From positions 18,168,001 to 18,232,000 of the forward strand of contig NC_087250.1 in assembly GCF_037042905.1 (NCBI RefSeq): a DNA stretch of 64,000 nt. The letters are read 5' to 3'. This stretch comes from Lytechinus pictus (taxonomy: Eukaryota). The notes beneath the pieces were generated by a model that worked only from the letters and a program-made list of their open reading frames with translations, searched no databases and was not told the origin of the DNA. A program made the translations under genes and the position numbers. Positions within the stretch are counted from its first letter, which is position 1, and each line of letters starts with the position of its first letter. Positions 1 through 14,830 of this stretch are shown in pieces.

Positions 1-99
1 TTCTAGTCTATCTTCTTGTATTTTTTCCTTAATATGATTAAGGGTCGGTGGATCTTTTGTGTTTCTACTATTTTATAAAATCATATACTTCATTAGGAT

Positions 100-3000
100 T
101 ATTATGTGATTCAATAATTGAGCCTCTCCTTTAGTTAAAACTTCCGCGCCTACGTGTATACATTTTTTAAAATCTATATTTGTAATAATATATAGGGAGT
201 TGAAGCATGTTCCCACATTCTTTCCATAAAGTTATTTATCTTATCACATGAAAAAAATATATGATCATTATGTTTCTTCTTCTTTGCTGCAGAATGAACA
301 TAAATTATATGTTGTCATTTTAAATAAACAAATATTTTTGTGTATAGTATATTGTGTAATATCTTATATTGAAATTCTCTGAGTCTACTGTTCAGAGTGG
401 ATTTTCGTGGTCTTGGAAAAATATCAGAAATGTCTTTTTTGTTATATTATATTTTTCTCAAGCTTTTTAAATGCTTGGGGTATATCCGTTTTCATACTTA
501 CAAGAGAAGGCCTATCATATATTCTTTTTGATGTGATGTCTTGCAAGTCAAAACTCCTGCCCTTTAATTGAAAAAATCCAAAATTAACTCACGATCTATG
601 GAACTTTGACCCTCTTTTTTCAGCGAGTCTATCCAAAAATATGGAATATTATTAAAAATTTCGAGTATCTTTTCTATTTCAAAACGATCCAAATCCATTT
701 TTAAAGGTCGACATATATGATGGAGTTTATAAATATTCCTCAAAAACAGCTTTTCATTGTAGTATGATTGTCCTTTCAATCGGATGAACCTATTATTGAA
801 ATGATCTCATTTATTTCATTCCTCTCTTCTTTAAGTAAAAACAATTTCTTATTAAACCATACATCTAACATTTCTGTATAGAATTCCGGCAGTTCAAATC
901 ATATCCAATTCATTGTGAGGTGACTAAAAAAAATAGCAATCCTCCCATACCGTGTGCTTAGTATCTGAAATATTGTTTCCATTTCATTTTTGGCTCTCCC
1001 ATTATAAGTCTTTTAATCCACATAATTCTTTGTGAATAACTGAAAATCTGTCATTGTTTATTTAGATTATGATAATGCTGGTCTTTAGACCAGCATTATC
1101 ATTATATAAATAAATGTCTCTTTTAATTCTTTTACCACCCCGTAAATAAATCTTTACCACCCCATAAATATCCAAAGATCAATGTATTAAAATCCTCTAT
1201 CACCAATGTCGGGACAAATGTAAGAGAAGAAATGTATATCAATTTAGATAGTATACAAATGTTTTGATTAACTGAATTTTGCCCATTAATGTCAAATCCC
1301 TTTGCTTCCACCACATCAAAAATTTCTTTATTCTACTAAGTTATTCTTTGTAAAATTGACTTTCTTTGTCTAATGAAAAATATATACCTAAGATCCTAAC
1401 CATCTGCTCCACTTTACCAAAAGGTAAAATTGGATCTATTTGTTCATGGAGTAACATAATAAAGGTTTTATCTTTATTCATCTTCAAACATGACGTTTCG
1501 GCAAAACATTCGAACAGCATATCTAACTTTTCAATCGACTGAGTGTCTTTTACAAAAAAAAATGTCATACCATCTGCGTATAGAATTTGCTTAACTTCTG
1601 TATTCCCAAAATTAATTCCGTAAATTTATGGATCAAGTCTTTTTCTGTTAGCCAAAATTCCAATACATGAAATAAAGAGACAGGGGGATAACAGATCTCT
1701 TGTCTTACTTCTCTCCCTACATCAAAGTAACCTGTTGAAATACTGCCATTAAAAACACAACTTTCAGCTTTTTCATACAAAGTACTTATCCATATACAAA
1801 ATGTGGGTCCAAAACCAAAAGTTTGCAATACTTTAAATAAAAAACTATGTGAAACCGATTCAAATACCTTTTCAAAATCAATGGCCAATAGATATGCCGA
1901 TATATCATATTTTACCGAGTGAAAGATCATGTCATCTATCACTCTATAAGTCTAATAGCTTCCCCAATATTCCTTCTTTTTAAATATCCTACTTGGTCGG
2001 CATTGATTATGTCATGCAACACCTCCTTTATTCGTGTTGATAGTACCTTCGCCAAAATCTTGTAGTCTACATAACAGTGAGATGTGCCGATATTTTTTAA
2101 TATGTAATGGATCCTATGAATTAAAGTAATAGATGCTTGTCTTTGTGATGGCGAAAGTTCTCCTCTTGTAAAAGGATTATTTAAAACATCAACTAAAACA
2201 TCCCCAATCATCGGCCAGAACACTAAATGAAATTCTACGCTAAGCCCGTCATTACCCGGTGATTTATTCAACTTCATCCCTTTTAAGGCAGCTAAACATT
2301 CACCTTTCGAAATTTTCCCTTCACATGATTTCATCGATTCGTCTGATAATTTTGTTACATCGGAGAAAAAAAATCATCATCTAGGATCTTATCGTCTCTC
2401 TTTGCATATAACATGCTATAAAAGTTCCTTATTTCATTTTTTTAAATTTTATTTTGATCAAAAGTTATTATATCTCTTATTGATATTTTTTGTTGGATTC
2501 CATTAACTGAGTGAAGTACCTGGTATCCCTTTCCCCACTTTCATAAAAAGAAGCTCTCGATCTGATTTGAAGACCTTCGCTCACATTATCATAACATACC
2601 TTTAATTCTGTTTTTTTATTCTCTAATAAATCGATTGCTTGTTTATTAATATTTGTAGTTAATCCCGTTTGAATACCATCAATTTTCATTTTCAAGAAAT
2701 CCCAAAAAATTATCTTATCTTTTGATTTCTTAAGTTTCTTTCAAATTGATAATTTGTTCTTTAATTTGTCGAGTGAAATCACCGTCTGCACATACATGTA
2801 TACTGTTGTTAAATTTCCAATAAGTGCGTTTAGATGTTTGAAATGGCTAAGAGGGTTTATTAAAGATTTGAAATACAACCGCCGGGTGATCTGGCGCTAT
2901 AGACGGGATTATATCACATATTAAAACGAATTCTCTAAACCTTTCTGTAATAAACCAATAAAATTACCTGCTTTGCATAAAGGGGTTAATTTGTCTAAAA

Positions 3001-5666
3001 GTATACTGTCTCTTAACGCCATTAATTTCCCTCCAAATATCAACTAAATTTAAATCATGCACAAAATTATCAAAGTTCTTCTGAAAAGAAGACTGTTTTA
3101 TAAACCTCTCAAAAAAGTTTGGAAATCTGTGTTTGGCCATTAATTTCTCCCTACTCCCAATTTTAAACAATGCATATTTTAAATTATTCGAAAGATAATT
3201 TAATTCTCTTTAAGATGATACCATGCTTGTTATGATCATGCCATTACGAACAGAGCAGGATTCAAAAGTGTTGGATGAGGTCTGAATTGAAAAGCTGCAA
3301 AACGAGCAAAAAGGGTTTGGAAATCTGAGTTTGATCATTTCTTTCTCCCAACTCCCAATATTGCTCAATGCATATTTGATATCATTCAAAAGATCATTTA
3401 ATTCTCTTTAAGATGATACCATGCTTGTTATGATCATGCCATCACGAACAGAGCAGGATTCAAAAGTGTTGGATGAGGTCTGAATTGAAAAGCTGCAAAA
3501 CGAGCAGAAATAATCATGAAGGGTCAATAAAGATCATGGTTCTTTTGTCTGTCAGTAGAAATGAAAATCCATTCAAACCAAGCCCCTGCTTCTGTAGTGA
3601 TGGTTCTGTGAGAACATGGTTTGTGTCGTTGTTTGAAATACCCATGCATGTTTGTTTGTTATGTTTTTGCTTGTACAGATGTGTGTTTGATTCCATGTTA
3701 ATGTTGATGTTAAGGTTCATGAAAACAATTAAAAGAAATTACTGAAAAACTCACTCATCACCACGGAAAAAATAAACAGTGACTTTTAATATTGCGTCAT
3801 TTTGCAACTTTTGAATTTTGAACTTGCACCACATTTCAAGGCACTGCACCTCCATGTGAATGATAATCATATCATATAGGGTATCATTTTAACGATAATT
3901 AAATGATCTATTCATTGATATTAATCATACATTGATATTTACTAAAACCGATGAGGAATTATCGGTCAAAGTAAAAACAAAACCGCTGAGAAACTAATTC
4001 ATTACCACGGAAAAAACAGTGACTTTCAATATTGTGCCATTTTGCAGCTTTTGAATTTTGACCTTGCCCCACATTTCAAGGCACTGCACCTCGATGTGAA
4101 CCATAATCATATCATGTAGGGTGTCATCTTAAAAAGAATTAAATGTTCTAATCATTGATATAAATTACACATTGATATTTACTAACATCGAAGAAGGATT
4201 ATCGATCAAATTCAGATTTCCAAACTTTTTTTGAGGAGTTTATATAAGAAGAATTGTAGGAGCAATTACATTTATTTATTTAGTTATTTCCTCTTTAAGG
4301 ATATACATAGCATAGACAGATTAAGAGTATACCAGAATGCCTACACCTATTTAAAGGCTGAGGAATTTTTTCTTTAATAGAGACTGAAACACAAAGAGAT
4401 TCCAGTGGTAGTGGAAATGAACAATAGGATTAGCTATGTGGCTGACATGTTCATTTCACCGAGGTCATTCAAGAGTCTTCTAGATTTGACTGCTCCTGAA
4501 AGAAGGAGAATGTTCTTTTTTAAAGACAATACCAGAAGCTTCCAGAATAGTGAATACTAGAAACTTCCAGAGTAGTGAATAATTTGTATATGAGCTGGCA
4601 ATCTTTTCAGGGAGAACATCACATTAGATCAGATCAGAACTCAGAGTTTCACGCCAGACTTTATGTCAGAGCAGACTTTGTTTCCACCTGGAATATCTAT
4701 CTTCTGTGTAATTATTTGCACGCCATTAATGAACTGTTTGCAGTTATTTTGAGAGAGGAATTCTCAGTTCCCATCGAGATCATCAACCTGTTTAATGAAC
4801 GCTTTTCAACCCATAGATTGCTGAAATTGACTGTTAATCATCATCAACATCGTCTTCACGGACATTTCAACTCGTTACAATGACTCTTGTTATTCATCGT
4901 GCTTTAACATCTGTTTCATCATTGCCACCATTGTGAACTTTAATTTAAGGAATTTTAGCCAGCCAACTTGGATCTTATCTGGATTATATACTGGACTATC
5001 ATAACTGTGAACTATAATAAGCACTTCAAGAGATGTAAGACAATTATTATTGTTATATTTGTTTGTGTATAGTTAACTATTTCCTGTAATAAAAAAGGGA
5101 AATCAAATTTAAAACGAAATATTCATTGTTATTTGTTGCAGTGTCGTAACAAGACTGAAACTGTCTTTCAAAAATAGTCTAAGTCAATATTCCTTACTAA
5201 ATTAAAATCTCCCCCATAATGAGAGGAACACCTCGATCACGTTTTTTTTTTTTAAAACTGTATTCAAATTGTGTAAGACTGTGTTTCGCTCCATGTTATG
5301 ACCTCGAACAGGGAAGTACACATGAACTGAAGCTAACTTTATATCTTGTAATATACACTCCATAATTATAAACCTTCCGTTTTCGTCAGTCTTTGAATCC
5401 AGAATCTGGATGCCTAACTTGGAGTTGATTAGTACACTGACCCCCCGACTATGACATGTACCATGACTATAGTATACGTTCCTATTCCACCCAGAACCCC
5501 ATACTTCTTGGACTTCCCTTGTACTAAAAGTTTCTTGCAAGACAACTACGTCTGCTTTCTTTTCCTTCAACCAAGTAAAAATTCTTTCTCTTTTTAACTT
5601 ATCTCTTATACCTTTCACATTCAAAGAAAGAAAACTGCAATTAACAGATAAACGATCCAAATCCAT
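100..5666 (-). mobile_element. Degenerate L1/Tx1-clade LINE ORF2 (APE endonuclease + RT), interrupted at 3096-5150
   Basis: FLSLNVKGIR..LQETF, GGDFN, DIWR, KSPGNDG, DYKILAK, IDFEK motifs in collinear order; many frameshifts. Confidence 0.9.
3101..4242. mobile_element. Non-autonomous TIR DNA transposon (TA-flanked) with duplicated subterminal blocks
   Basis: Left end taaacctctcaaaaaagtttggaaatctg matches the reverse complement of right end cagatttccaaactttttttgaggagttta. Internal ~197-bp and ~245-bp tandem duplications. Confidence 0.75.
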
Positions 5667-6599
5667 TGAGGAAAAAAAAATAAGGAATGACAGATATTAT
5701 ATTCCTCAAAATATTCCAGTAATGCTGAGACGAAGCTTGTTTCGAAAAGAGCCCTTTTGAGTAGGGTTTTGGAAGATTATGTACGACAAGAGAGATCAAA
5801 TATCGCACAGATGTAGAGACTGATAGCTTGACGCGCTCCACCCCCCTCCCTTCCCGTTCATATCTTAAAGTCCCCCCCCCCCCTCCAAAAAAAAAAAAAA
5901 AATAAATAAGCTCATTAACTAAGGCACTTGTCTGTCTTTGAAGAATTAAACAAAGCATTAAATAAGGAGAAAAATTATTTTTTACCTATCTTTTGTACCT
6001 ATTATCGTTCATCTATTTACATATTTACTATTGTACTATCTAGTTTTAATCAAATGACGAAACTACGCTCATAAAACAAAACCAAAATTCAAAGCTGTCA
6101 GTCAAGAATATTCATTGAGAAAACATCACAAGGAATGTTCGCCGACCTATTTTGTAACCTAACTTCAGTTAAGAAAACAATGCCCTTCGAATAACAAGCC
6201 TTTCCGTTCTTGTCTTTTATGAAACCATCAATAAAATGAAATAAAAATGCATAGAGCTATCTTTAAACAGCCAGGGCAAATTATTTCCTATGTTGGTCTA
6301 ATATGACTATTATTACAATACAATAACACTGGTCAAAAAACACTATCAAAACATATCCCTTGAAACTTGTTAATTACCTTCAAAGATAGCATCAAACCAG
6401 AATTTTACCATACCAAAAAACCCAGCACTGGCTTTTAAATGCAAATAGTATCAATTAAAGTATCCATGGAGCTTTAGCGGTCAAAGCAATTAAGTGTCAA
6501 CCAGAATGGGATACCTTCTGAAGTAAACACAAAGTGTTGTGAAAGAGGGTGTTGTGATGTGAAAATACACACGATACGATACGATCTACAATGGTCGAG

Positions 6600-9122
6600 T
6601 GGTTAATCGCAAGATACCAATCGCAAGATACCAATACTGCATATCGCAAGATACCAATACTGCATATAATATATTCATTAAAAATTTAACCACACAGTTA
6701 GCTAGACACGTACCATTAGTCAATAAATGTTATAATTATAAAAAGAGTCCAAGACTTCCTTGGATATCGAAATCAATATTACGGTCAATAAATCGTAAAA
6801 ACAATTTATACTATGCCGACAAAATAAATCGTTCAGAGAAGTCGCATCGCAAATACACTATGTATAAATATACCCTCACAAAAAATTTGCGCAGCGAAAA
6901 ACGAAAATACTTCACAAACCAATTAATTCGTTTCAAGCATGATATAAGATAAACATTGAAAACTATAAACATTGCCTTAAATAAGTATAGCGTAAAATCG
7001 AACATAAAACACAATGATATCGAAATTCATGATTCTTTTCGGATAACTGACATATTCAATCAATATTTTTCACAGATCGGAAAAAAATCTTGCCGCCAAT
7101 ATACCATTAACACAAAAGAAATTTTACCGATTTTACTCACCGACCAAATCCTAATTTTTTTCTATTACCAGTACATCATGCAATAATAGATACAGTGAAT
7201 GACTTTAAAAACAAAAAGAGTTGTGGTCATGATGGTATTGATAATATTTTATTAAAGAATGTCATAGAATATATTGTTGATCCATTAGTACACATATTTA
7301 ATCTTTCCTTAATTAATGGCATCGTGCCTGACAATATGAAAATATCTAAGGTAATACCAGTGTCCAAAAAAGGAGATAAGAATAATGTATGTAACTTGCT
7401 TACTCTATCGAAGGTTCTAGAAAGAGTGATATATACAAGACTATTAGATTTTTTGAATAAATATAATATAAGTTATGACTTTCAATTTGGATTTCGCCAA
7501 AATCATAGTACATCTCATGCTACTCTTTCATTTGTTGAAAAAATCACAAAAGCTATTGATAACTTTGAACATACAGTAGGTGTTGTTCTGGACCTCCCCA
7601 AGGCCTTTGACACTATAAATCATGAAATACTACTAAACAAACTTGAAAATTACGGAATCCGTGGAAAGGCCATGGAGTGGTTCAGGAATTACCAAATAAA
7701 CCGTTAACAGTTTGTTATAAACATAAATGAACGAAATTCTTAAAGGGCAATTGGGGTGTTCCTCAAGGTAGCATACTGGGCCCACTTTTATTTTCGATCT
7801 ATATAAATGACATCCACAATTCTTCTACAATGTTATCTTATAGTCTTTTTGCAGATGATTCAAATGTACTTTATTCTCATCCTAATCCCGATATTTTAGT
7901 CAATATATTGAACATTGAACTGGAGAAGCTAGTACAATGGATAAGATCTAATAAATTGTCAATCAATGTACAAAAAACGAAATGTATGCTTTTCAGCAAT
8001 TCTTTAGATAAATTACCACACGATATTAAATTGGACAACGCTGACATTGAAGTGGTCGCTTCAACAATTTTATTTTAGGTCTGATAGTAGACAACAATTT
8101 ATCTTGGAAAACACACATTGATTCTATATGCCGTACAATTTCACGTAATATTGGTGTTATAAATAAGGTTAAGTTTTTTCTTCCAACTTCCTCCCTAAAA
8201 ATGCTTTATTCAACATTAATTTTACCTTATCTAAACTACGGGATAATTGTCTGGGGAAATACACATACATCATATCTAGAAATAATATTACTTTTACAGA
8301 AAAAGGCATTGCGTGTTATTTTTAATATGTCCTGGAGATCCCATACAGACCAATTGTTTATTGACAATAAAATCTCAAAAGTAAAAACATTATATCAATA
8401 TAGCTTGGGTCAATTTAAATTAAATAATTAAATAATAATATGCTACCATCAATCTTTGATTCTTCATTTAACAAAAAAACAAAACTATTCATAAATACAA
8501 ATTTCATTTTCCTCTACCCCGGACAATTCTTGCCAAATTTATCTTTACTTTCGAAGGCCCTCGACTTTGGGGCACTCTTAATAATACTATCAAAGGTCCC
8601 CCAAGTCTAAATTCTTTTAACTTTAAGTTGAAAAAGTTTCTCCAAGATACTCGTTAGTTTATTTAACTCTTCATCACTCATACATTACATTTTTCATATA
8701 TACTCAGCACTACGAACTGTGAAATATGATATTTTTCGTTTTCCTGTTGATCCGTAATATTCGCTGTGAGTGCCGGGGCAAGAATCAGGAGACCATTGAT
8801 CTCGCTTTTATTCTCTCATTTTCTATTTCTTTATTTTTTCTTTTTTTTTCTTTTAAACTATTCATTCAAATAGATTTAAGCTCAAATTTCTACCATGTTG
8901 TATTTGTGTTTTGTTTACATTGTTCATACGAATATGTAATAGGAGGCTGCATTCCACAATCTTCGCTTTTTAGCAGCTTCCTCCGTTTCCGACCTGTTTT
9001 CTTAATTATCACACATAATAAGTTTCTTTGTTTTATTGATTACAATTATATCACGATGTATGTAACAAAACTTATCGTAAATGATTGTTGGAAATGGAAA
9101 AATAAATGAAATGAAATGAAAT
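6600..9122 (+). mobile_element. 5'-truncated degenerate CR1/L2-type LINE
   Basis: PWISKSI, QFGFR..HST, DL.KAFDTINH, GVPQGSILGP, LFADD; 3' end aataaa(tgaaa)n. Confidence 0.92.
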
Positions 9123-9164
9123 TATGACAAGGACGCTGACAATGGATATCACGAATGGGTTATA

Positions 9165-9983
9165 CAGTGCGTCCCACAAAAAACGAAACCAAGATTTATC
9201 GATGATTTATCAGAACTTAATCACAAATAAAATAGACAAATGACCTACCATTGTAAAGCTTAGAATCTCCTCTTTCATCTGATATTACTTAAATTATTTC
9301 TCATTCACGTATGACTGAGCAAAAACAATTTGAACAGGGGATACAAAAAAGTCACTTAGCGGGCTGTATTTGGGTTTCAAAGACAAAACCACATTTTCAA
9401 AAAGTTCAATATCTGCTGTTTAATTTGATACCTCAATTACAGAAAATGGTAAAGAAATAAAAAATTCTGGTTATTTGAAATAAGGCTTGAATTTCAATAA
9501 TTTCATAAAATGAAGATGTTTTACAGGCTAGCGTTCAGCCTCACTCGACACTCCGTTTTGTTGACGATCAGCCATCCATGCATTAAGTCTTTTGTTAACC
9601 GTGCGATAGCTTCTGTGGGAAACCGGTGAAAACACGTTTATTTATTGAAATTATGGAAATACAAGCACTGTTTCGAGGGAACATATCCTTTTCACTTGAC
9701 CATTTTCTGTGATTAAGGTATCAAATAAAAGAGCAGATATTGAACTTTTCAGGCATGTGGTTTTCTTTTTGAAATTCAGATACCCCCTGCCAAATGAGTT
9801 TTTGGTATCCTATCTTCAAATTGTTTTGCTCACTCATGCGTGAATGAGGAATAATCTAAGTATTTTCTGATGAAAGAAGAGATTCTAAGCTTTACATTGA
9901 TAGGTCATCTGTCTATTTTATTTGTGATTAAGTTATGATAAATCATCGCTAAATCTCGGTTTCGTTTTTTGTGGGACGCACTG
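9165..9983. mobile_element. Tc1/mariner-type MITE, 819 bp, long TIRs, TA TSD
   Basis: TA|CAGTGCGTCCCACAAAAAACGAAACC ... GGTTTCGTTTTTTGTGGGACGCACTG|TA; second copy at 51807-54667. Confidence 0.92.
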
Positions 9984-10683
9984 TATACTGACGGTACAAA
10001 ACAGTGACAACAAATATTTATACTCACCTGACACTTGCACTAACGATGCCACACGGTAGAAACAAGTAGATGTATACTAATCACATGTTCGGTAGATACT
10101 TCTAGTTGTAGACCATGGCGGCTGTTTGGGAGCAGCCAAGTGTTTAGGTTTATATAACTCTATGGGAGCAGCTGGGTTGCGTTCGTCCACACTCGTTGGC
10201 GTCTCGGGGGTCTTCTCTCACTGAAATCTATCTCCAATATCTGGCTGATCCCAACCAGGCGCAGGCACCAACTTGTGTGCACAGTGTGCGTGATGTGCGA
10301 CGCACGCACGTTGCAGGCAATACGGGAGCATACATGTATATCAAGGCTGCTTCCAATCAGAGCGCTCCTCACATTGAATTGAATTGGTATGGTTTATTGA
10401 AAAAAAAATCGAACAGGCAGCTCGCAGGCTGAAAATGTTCAATTTACAAGCAAAAAATCAACAGAGATGGTATAATTATACAATGGTGAGAGATAAAACA
10501 TTAATTTAATTTACATTGATAAAATGTCAAATGCAATTGGTAGAAATGACAATAAATTGATTTTCGTCTATTGTGTTTGAAATCAAAACACCGAAACAAA
10601 CAAACATGGCTAAATGAACAACAGTGAACAAAAGCAGAAAATGAGTGGTGTAGTTGAAGCAAAGGCCAAGTGATTGAAATTAA

Positions 10684-11267
10684 AGGAGAATGAAACTCTT
10701 GGAGCAAGTTAGCTTTTGTGAAAGCAGAAAAATCAAAGAATGAGATCAACAAAAGTTTGAGTAAAATAGGACTAGCAATATAAGAGTTATGAGCATTTGA
10801 ATGTCGAGATCACTAATGCTATGGAGATCCTCCCATTGGCAATGCGACCAAGATCTATGATGTCACAGATGAACAACTCTCCCCCTTTGGACACTGAAAA
10901 TATACCTTAAAACATCTCCTTTTGCTCATTCTAATCATATGACAAACGATTCATCAATGATATAATGTTGTGAAACCTCTGTACGTGTCCTCTCATAAAG
11001 AGAACACCTCACATTGTGATAGACTCTATAAAAGTGAGAATATAAGTGAAATAAGTACTTAAGTAATGAGGGAGTTGTACGTGTGTGACATCACAGATCT
11101 TGGTCGCATTGCCAATGGGAGGATCTACATGGCATTAGTGATCTCAATATTCAAATGCTCATAACTTTCTTATTATTCATTCAATCTTCCTTAAACTTTC
11201 AACAATGTGTTTCTTTGATTTTTCTCTTTGATATGGATTCAGCTGGTTTCAAGGGTTTCATTCTCCT
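10684..11267. mobile_element. Kolobok-type MITE, 584 bp, TTAA TSD
   Basis: TTAA|AGGAGAATGAAAC...GTTTCATTCTCCT|TTAA; internal inverted repeat; near-identical copy at 53607-54190. Confidence 0.9.
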
Positions 11268-11637
11268 TTAAAGTAAATCTGTTGTGTAGATAAAGACAGA
11301 ATTAATGTTACTTCAAGTTGAAATAATATCAAAAGAAACAGTAAATGTCAGTATGCAGCAAAGTGTCCATGTTAAAGGGAATTTGATAAATACATATTTT
11401 AACAGTTTCGAAATATTGCAAATTAATTTACAGATGAATAGGATTGAATACAGGGTAATAATTACCAACAGAATTCAACAGAATATATTTTCAAATAATT
11501 ACTGGATGAATTATTAAAGTGATTGATATGTGACATTACATACGTGTCAATTATTGCACAAATATATATATAAAACATTACGGAGAGAGGGATAGAAAGT
11601 TAAACACAACAAATAGAGTGGAAAGCATTAATTAATT

Positions 11638-13580
11638 TCATTGTTCAAACAACATAAGTTTCAAGAGGTTCAAAGGTTTGTGTTGGGTAGTCTTAGACGC
11701 AGATGATATTGTCGACGAACGGTAACGGCCCATCCTGCACAGTGGGGTATCCAAGTGGTGAGAATAACGTAGACACCGAGAGGACACTCCACTGCGCAGG
11801 AGCGGAACGAAATCTCGATGCCTAGGGGAGGTCAACAAACCCTTGGAAAAGGTAAGCAGCAACTGTTCGTGACGCTCGGACAGGCGACTGATACCAAGTA
11901 TACTCAAAGCGTGTTCATAGGAGACATATTGATCTCTCAGGATGATACGACATACACGCTTTTGGATCTTTTCGATGTCATTAGCTTGATTCGTCGTTAT
12001 GCTTGTAGACCACAATGGGTATGCATATTCTAATATTGGATGAATGTAAGTGGAATATATATTCACTAAGTCGTGCATCGAGACTGACGCTTTCTGCAGA
12101 CGACATATCATGAATATTTTCCTTCCAGCTCTCGAGATCATGTCCGATATATGGCTATCCCATGTGAGATTTGATTGAAGAAGAACCCCAAGCAGTTCGT
12201 ATACTCCAGCTGCTGATTTTTCAGGAGTAGATTTGGAGGATTGGATCTGTTTTTTGAGAAGTCAATAGACATGGCTTTACTTTTTCTGCACATGAAATTT
12301 CATGTCATTCTCCGTACTCCAACACGTTAATTTCTCAAGATGATCTTGTAACGTCGAAGCGCCAGAAGTGGGGCGAATCTCAAGAATGGTCAAATCGTCC
12401 ACATATTTCCACCGTTGATCAGTATTCATGGCAGCGTCATTTACCAGTGTAAGGAAAATCAAAGGACCCAGTTTGGTCCCTTGAACTCCGCAGGTCAAAG
12501 GCAATTCTTCGGAGATGGATGAAGCGATTCTGACTGCCAGGGTTCGCTCACTCAAGAAATTACAATGGTTGATAAAGTTGCTCCATCAACGCCATACTTG
12601 ACGTGTTTATGTATCACCGCATTATGGTTGACACGGCCGAAGGCTTTTGAAAAATATATGGTGCAGGGCGTAGCACAACGACCAGGCTTGTCTAAACCAC
12701 GGTGGATTGTGTGCTGCACTCAACCCAGGTGAGGTAAATGGGTACCGGTAGGAAGTAATTCCTTAAAAAGCTGTGTGCGCCATGAACGCCTAGCTTAGCC
12801 GGGTAAAATAGGAGCGCCTTGAGCACCTAACAAGGTGGATATGTGCGCAATATAAGTACTCTATATTGTTATGATTGTTATTATTATGATTCAAGAGACT
12901 CACTAAGTAGTGAGTGGTTGAACTTCCCCTCACGTTGCCAAACTGACGCCGATCCAGATGAGGTGTAAGGTCTCTAATCAGGAACTGCGAAAGAAAACTT
13001 TCGAAAACACGTGCCAGTATTGGGGTAATCGAAATAGGTCTCAAGTCAGAGCAGCTGGTGGCTTTATACGACTTTGGTATCGGTGTTACAACAGAAGACT
13101 TCCAACGAGACGGAAAAGGTACCCTGGTCTAAAGGACCAGAGAGTTCGAAGGCAAATTCTTTTATCAGCTGTATGGGGATATCATCCGGATGAATAGCTT
13201 TGGAAGATTCAGCCTTTGGAGCATCTCAAAGATCTTTTATCTTTGGACTTTAGGTGGTGGTCTTTTAGTGGGTAGAAAGGCCGGACAAGACGAAAGATCC
13301 AAGGCAGGCAATTCCCAGCAAATATTCGCAAAGAAATTATTGATGTGTTTCGCCTGTTCAGAGGAGGTTGTGCCAAATTCCTGGGGAAAACTGAACCAAA
13401 GAAGACTGCGTGTTCAAGCCTGCGAGAGAGCGAAGTTGTCTGTGCCATTTACCACTATTGGATGTTTTCATCGGCGCAATCTTCCTCTCGTAATAAAGAG
13501 ACTTTCGCTTCTTTATCTCACGTTGAATCTCATTCCACATACACATATCACACACAGACTTAATATACATGAACATAGAT
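11638..13580 (-). mobile_element. Degenerate CR1/L2-type LINE RT region
   Basis: RPISITP, QFG...STTH, GVQGTKLGP, KYVDD, PILEYA.P.W, IEKIQKR. Confidence 0.9.
12712..12888 (+). mobile_element. 5'-truncated CORE-type SINE inserted in a LINE
   Basis: ctcaacccaggtgaggtaaatgggtacc core and (tta)n tail; related to 46763-46930 and 62420-62693. Confidence 0.75.
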
Positions 13581-13898
13581 CAGTACATAGACTCATGGGC
13601 GGAAATCCCAGGGGGGACGTGCCCCCCCTACTCAAAATTGTAGGGGGGACACACTATCAAATGTCCCCCTATTATATTTGGTCTTTTATGGTAAGAAATA
13701 CACCATTCAAAATCGAAATAAAACATTATTTTGGGACGAGCCGAGGTGGCCTTTTTTTTTGCCTATCAAATTTAAAATTTATTCTCGTCGAAATTACCTT
13801 AAATCTTTGGTGATAACCATTTTTTTTTTTTTTGGGGGGGGGCATGTCAAATTTTCCATTGTTGCCAACTTGTGAAAAATATGAATTAAACTCTCTTG

Positions 13899-14830
13899 CT
13901 ATATTATGTTGTTGTCATCAGTGATTGTATTGTTTGATTTTATTTTTGTAATTGTAGAACTCTTTTTCTTATTGTTTAATGCACCTTTGATGATTTTCCA
14001 TGTGTTCTTCATATCATTTTTGTATAAATCGAGTTGAGAAGTGTAATATTTTTTTTTTCGCAATACGAAGTAAAGATGTAAGAGTGTTTTTATATGAAGT
14101 GCACTTGTAGCGAGATGTATCACTTGGTTTAGTTATGTATTTATAATAGAGGTGGTTCTTGCGGTTGATGGATCTCAAAAGTGATTTAGTAATCCAAGGG
14201 TGGATATGGATCTTTTTTATAATTTGATCTTCTGTTAGTTGTAAGGGGAACATGGGTATCTAGAGAAGAGGTTAGTATGGTAATAAAAAAGTTGTATGCG
14301 TGGTCAGCGTCCGAGGAGTCATATACAGTAGACCAGTCTGTTGTGTCTAAATTATTAATCAAATTGGTTATGTTGTCGTCAGTTATCTTTTGAAATATAG
14401 ATTTAAATTTTTCTTTATTGACACTTTTATTCGTAGATAATTTGGCAAAAATTTGAAAGTGATCAGAGATGTCACTAAGAATAATACCAGCTTTATGATT
14501 TTGTCGAATTGTATTACTTAAAATGTTGTCTATTATAGTTGCTGAGTTATTCGTCACTCTTGTCGGCTTAGTAATAAGGGGCAAAAAAGAATGTGATAGA
14601 AACATTTCAAGAAACTCTTGCGAGGTGCTATTAGAGTTGCAATTTATTAACTTGATATTGAAGTCACCCATAGAAAAACAATCTTTATTTTTCAAAAGGG
14701 GATTTAGTATAATTTCATTCAGGGTTTCTAAAAGGGCATTGGCATTTGAATGTGGAGGTCTATAAAATACACCTAGCATAAAGTTTTTACCCCTCTCACA
14801 AATATTCTTTTCATAGAAAACGGTATGATC
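13899..14830 (-). mobile_element. CR1/L2 LINE endonuclease fragment
   Basis: GVFYRPP, MGDFNI, PTRVT...IIDNI, DISDH, PWITKSL. Confidence 0.88.

Noticed and set aside
682..699. 18-nt identity (aaacgatccaaatccatt) with 5650-5667
   Set aside because: The alignment does not extend convincingly; plausible by chance in AT-rich sequence.
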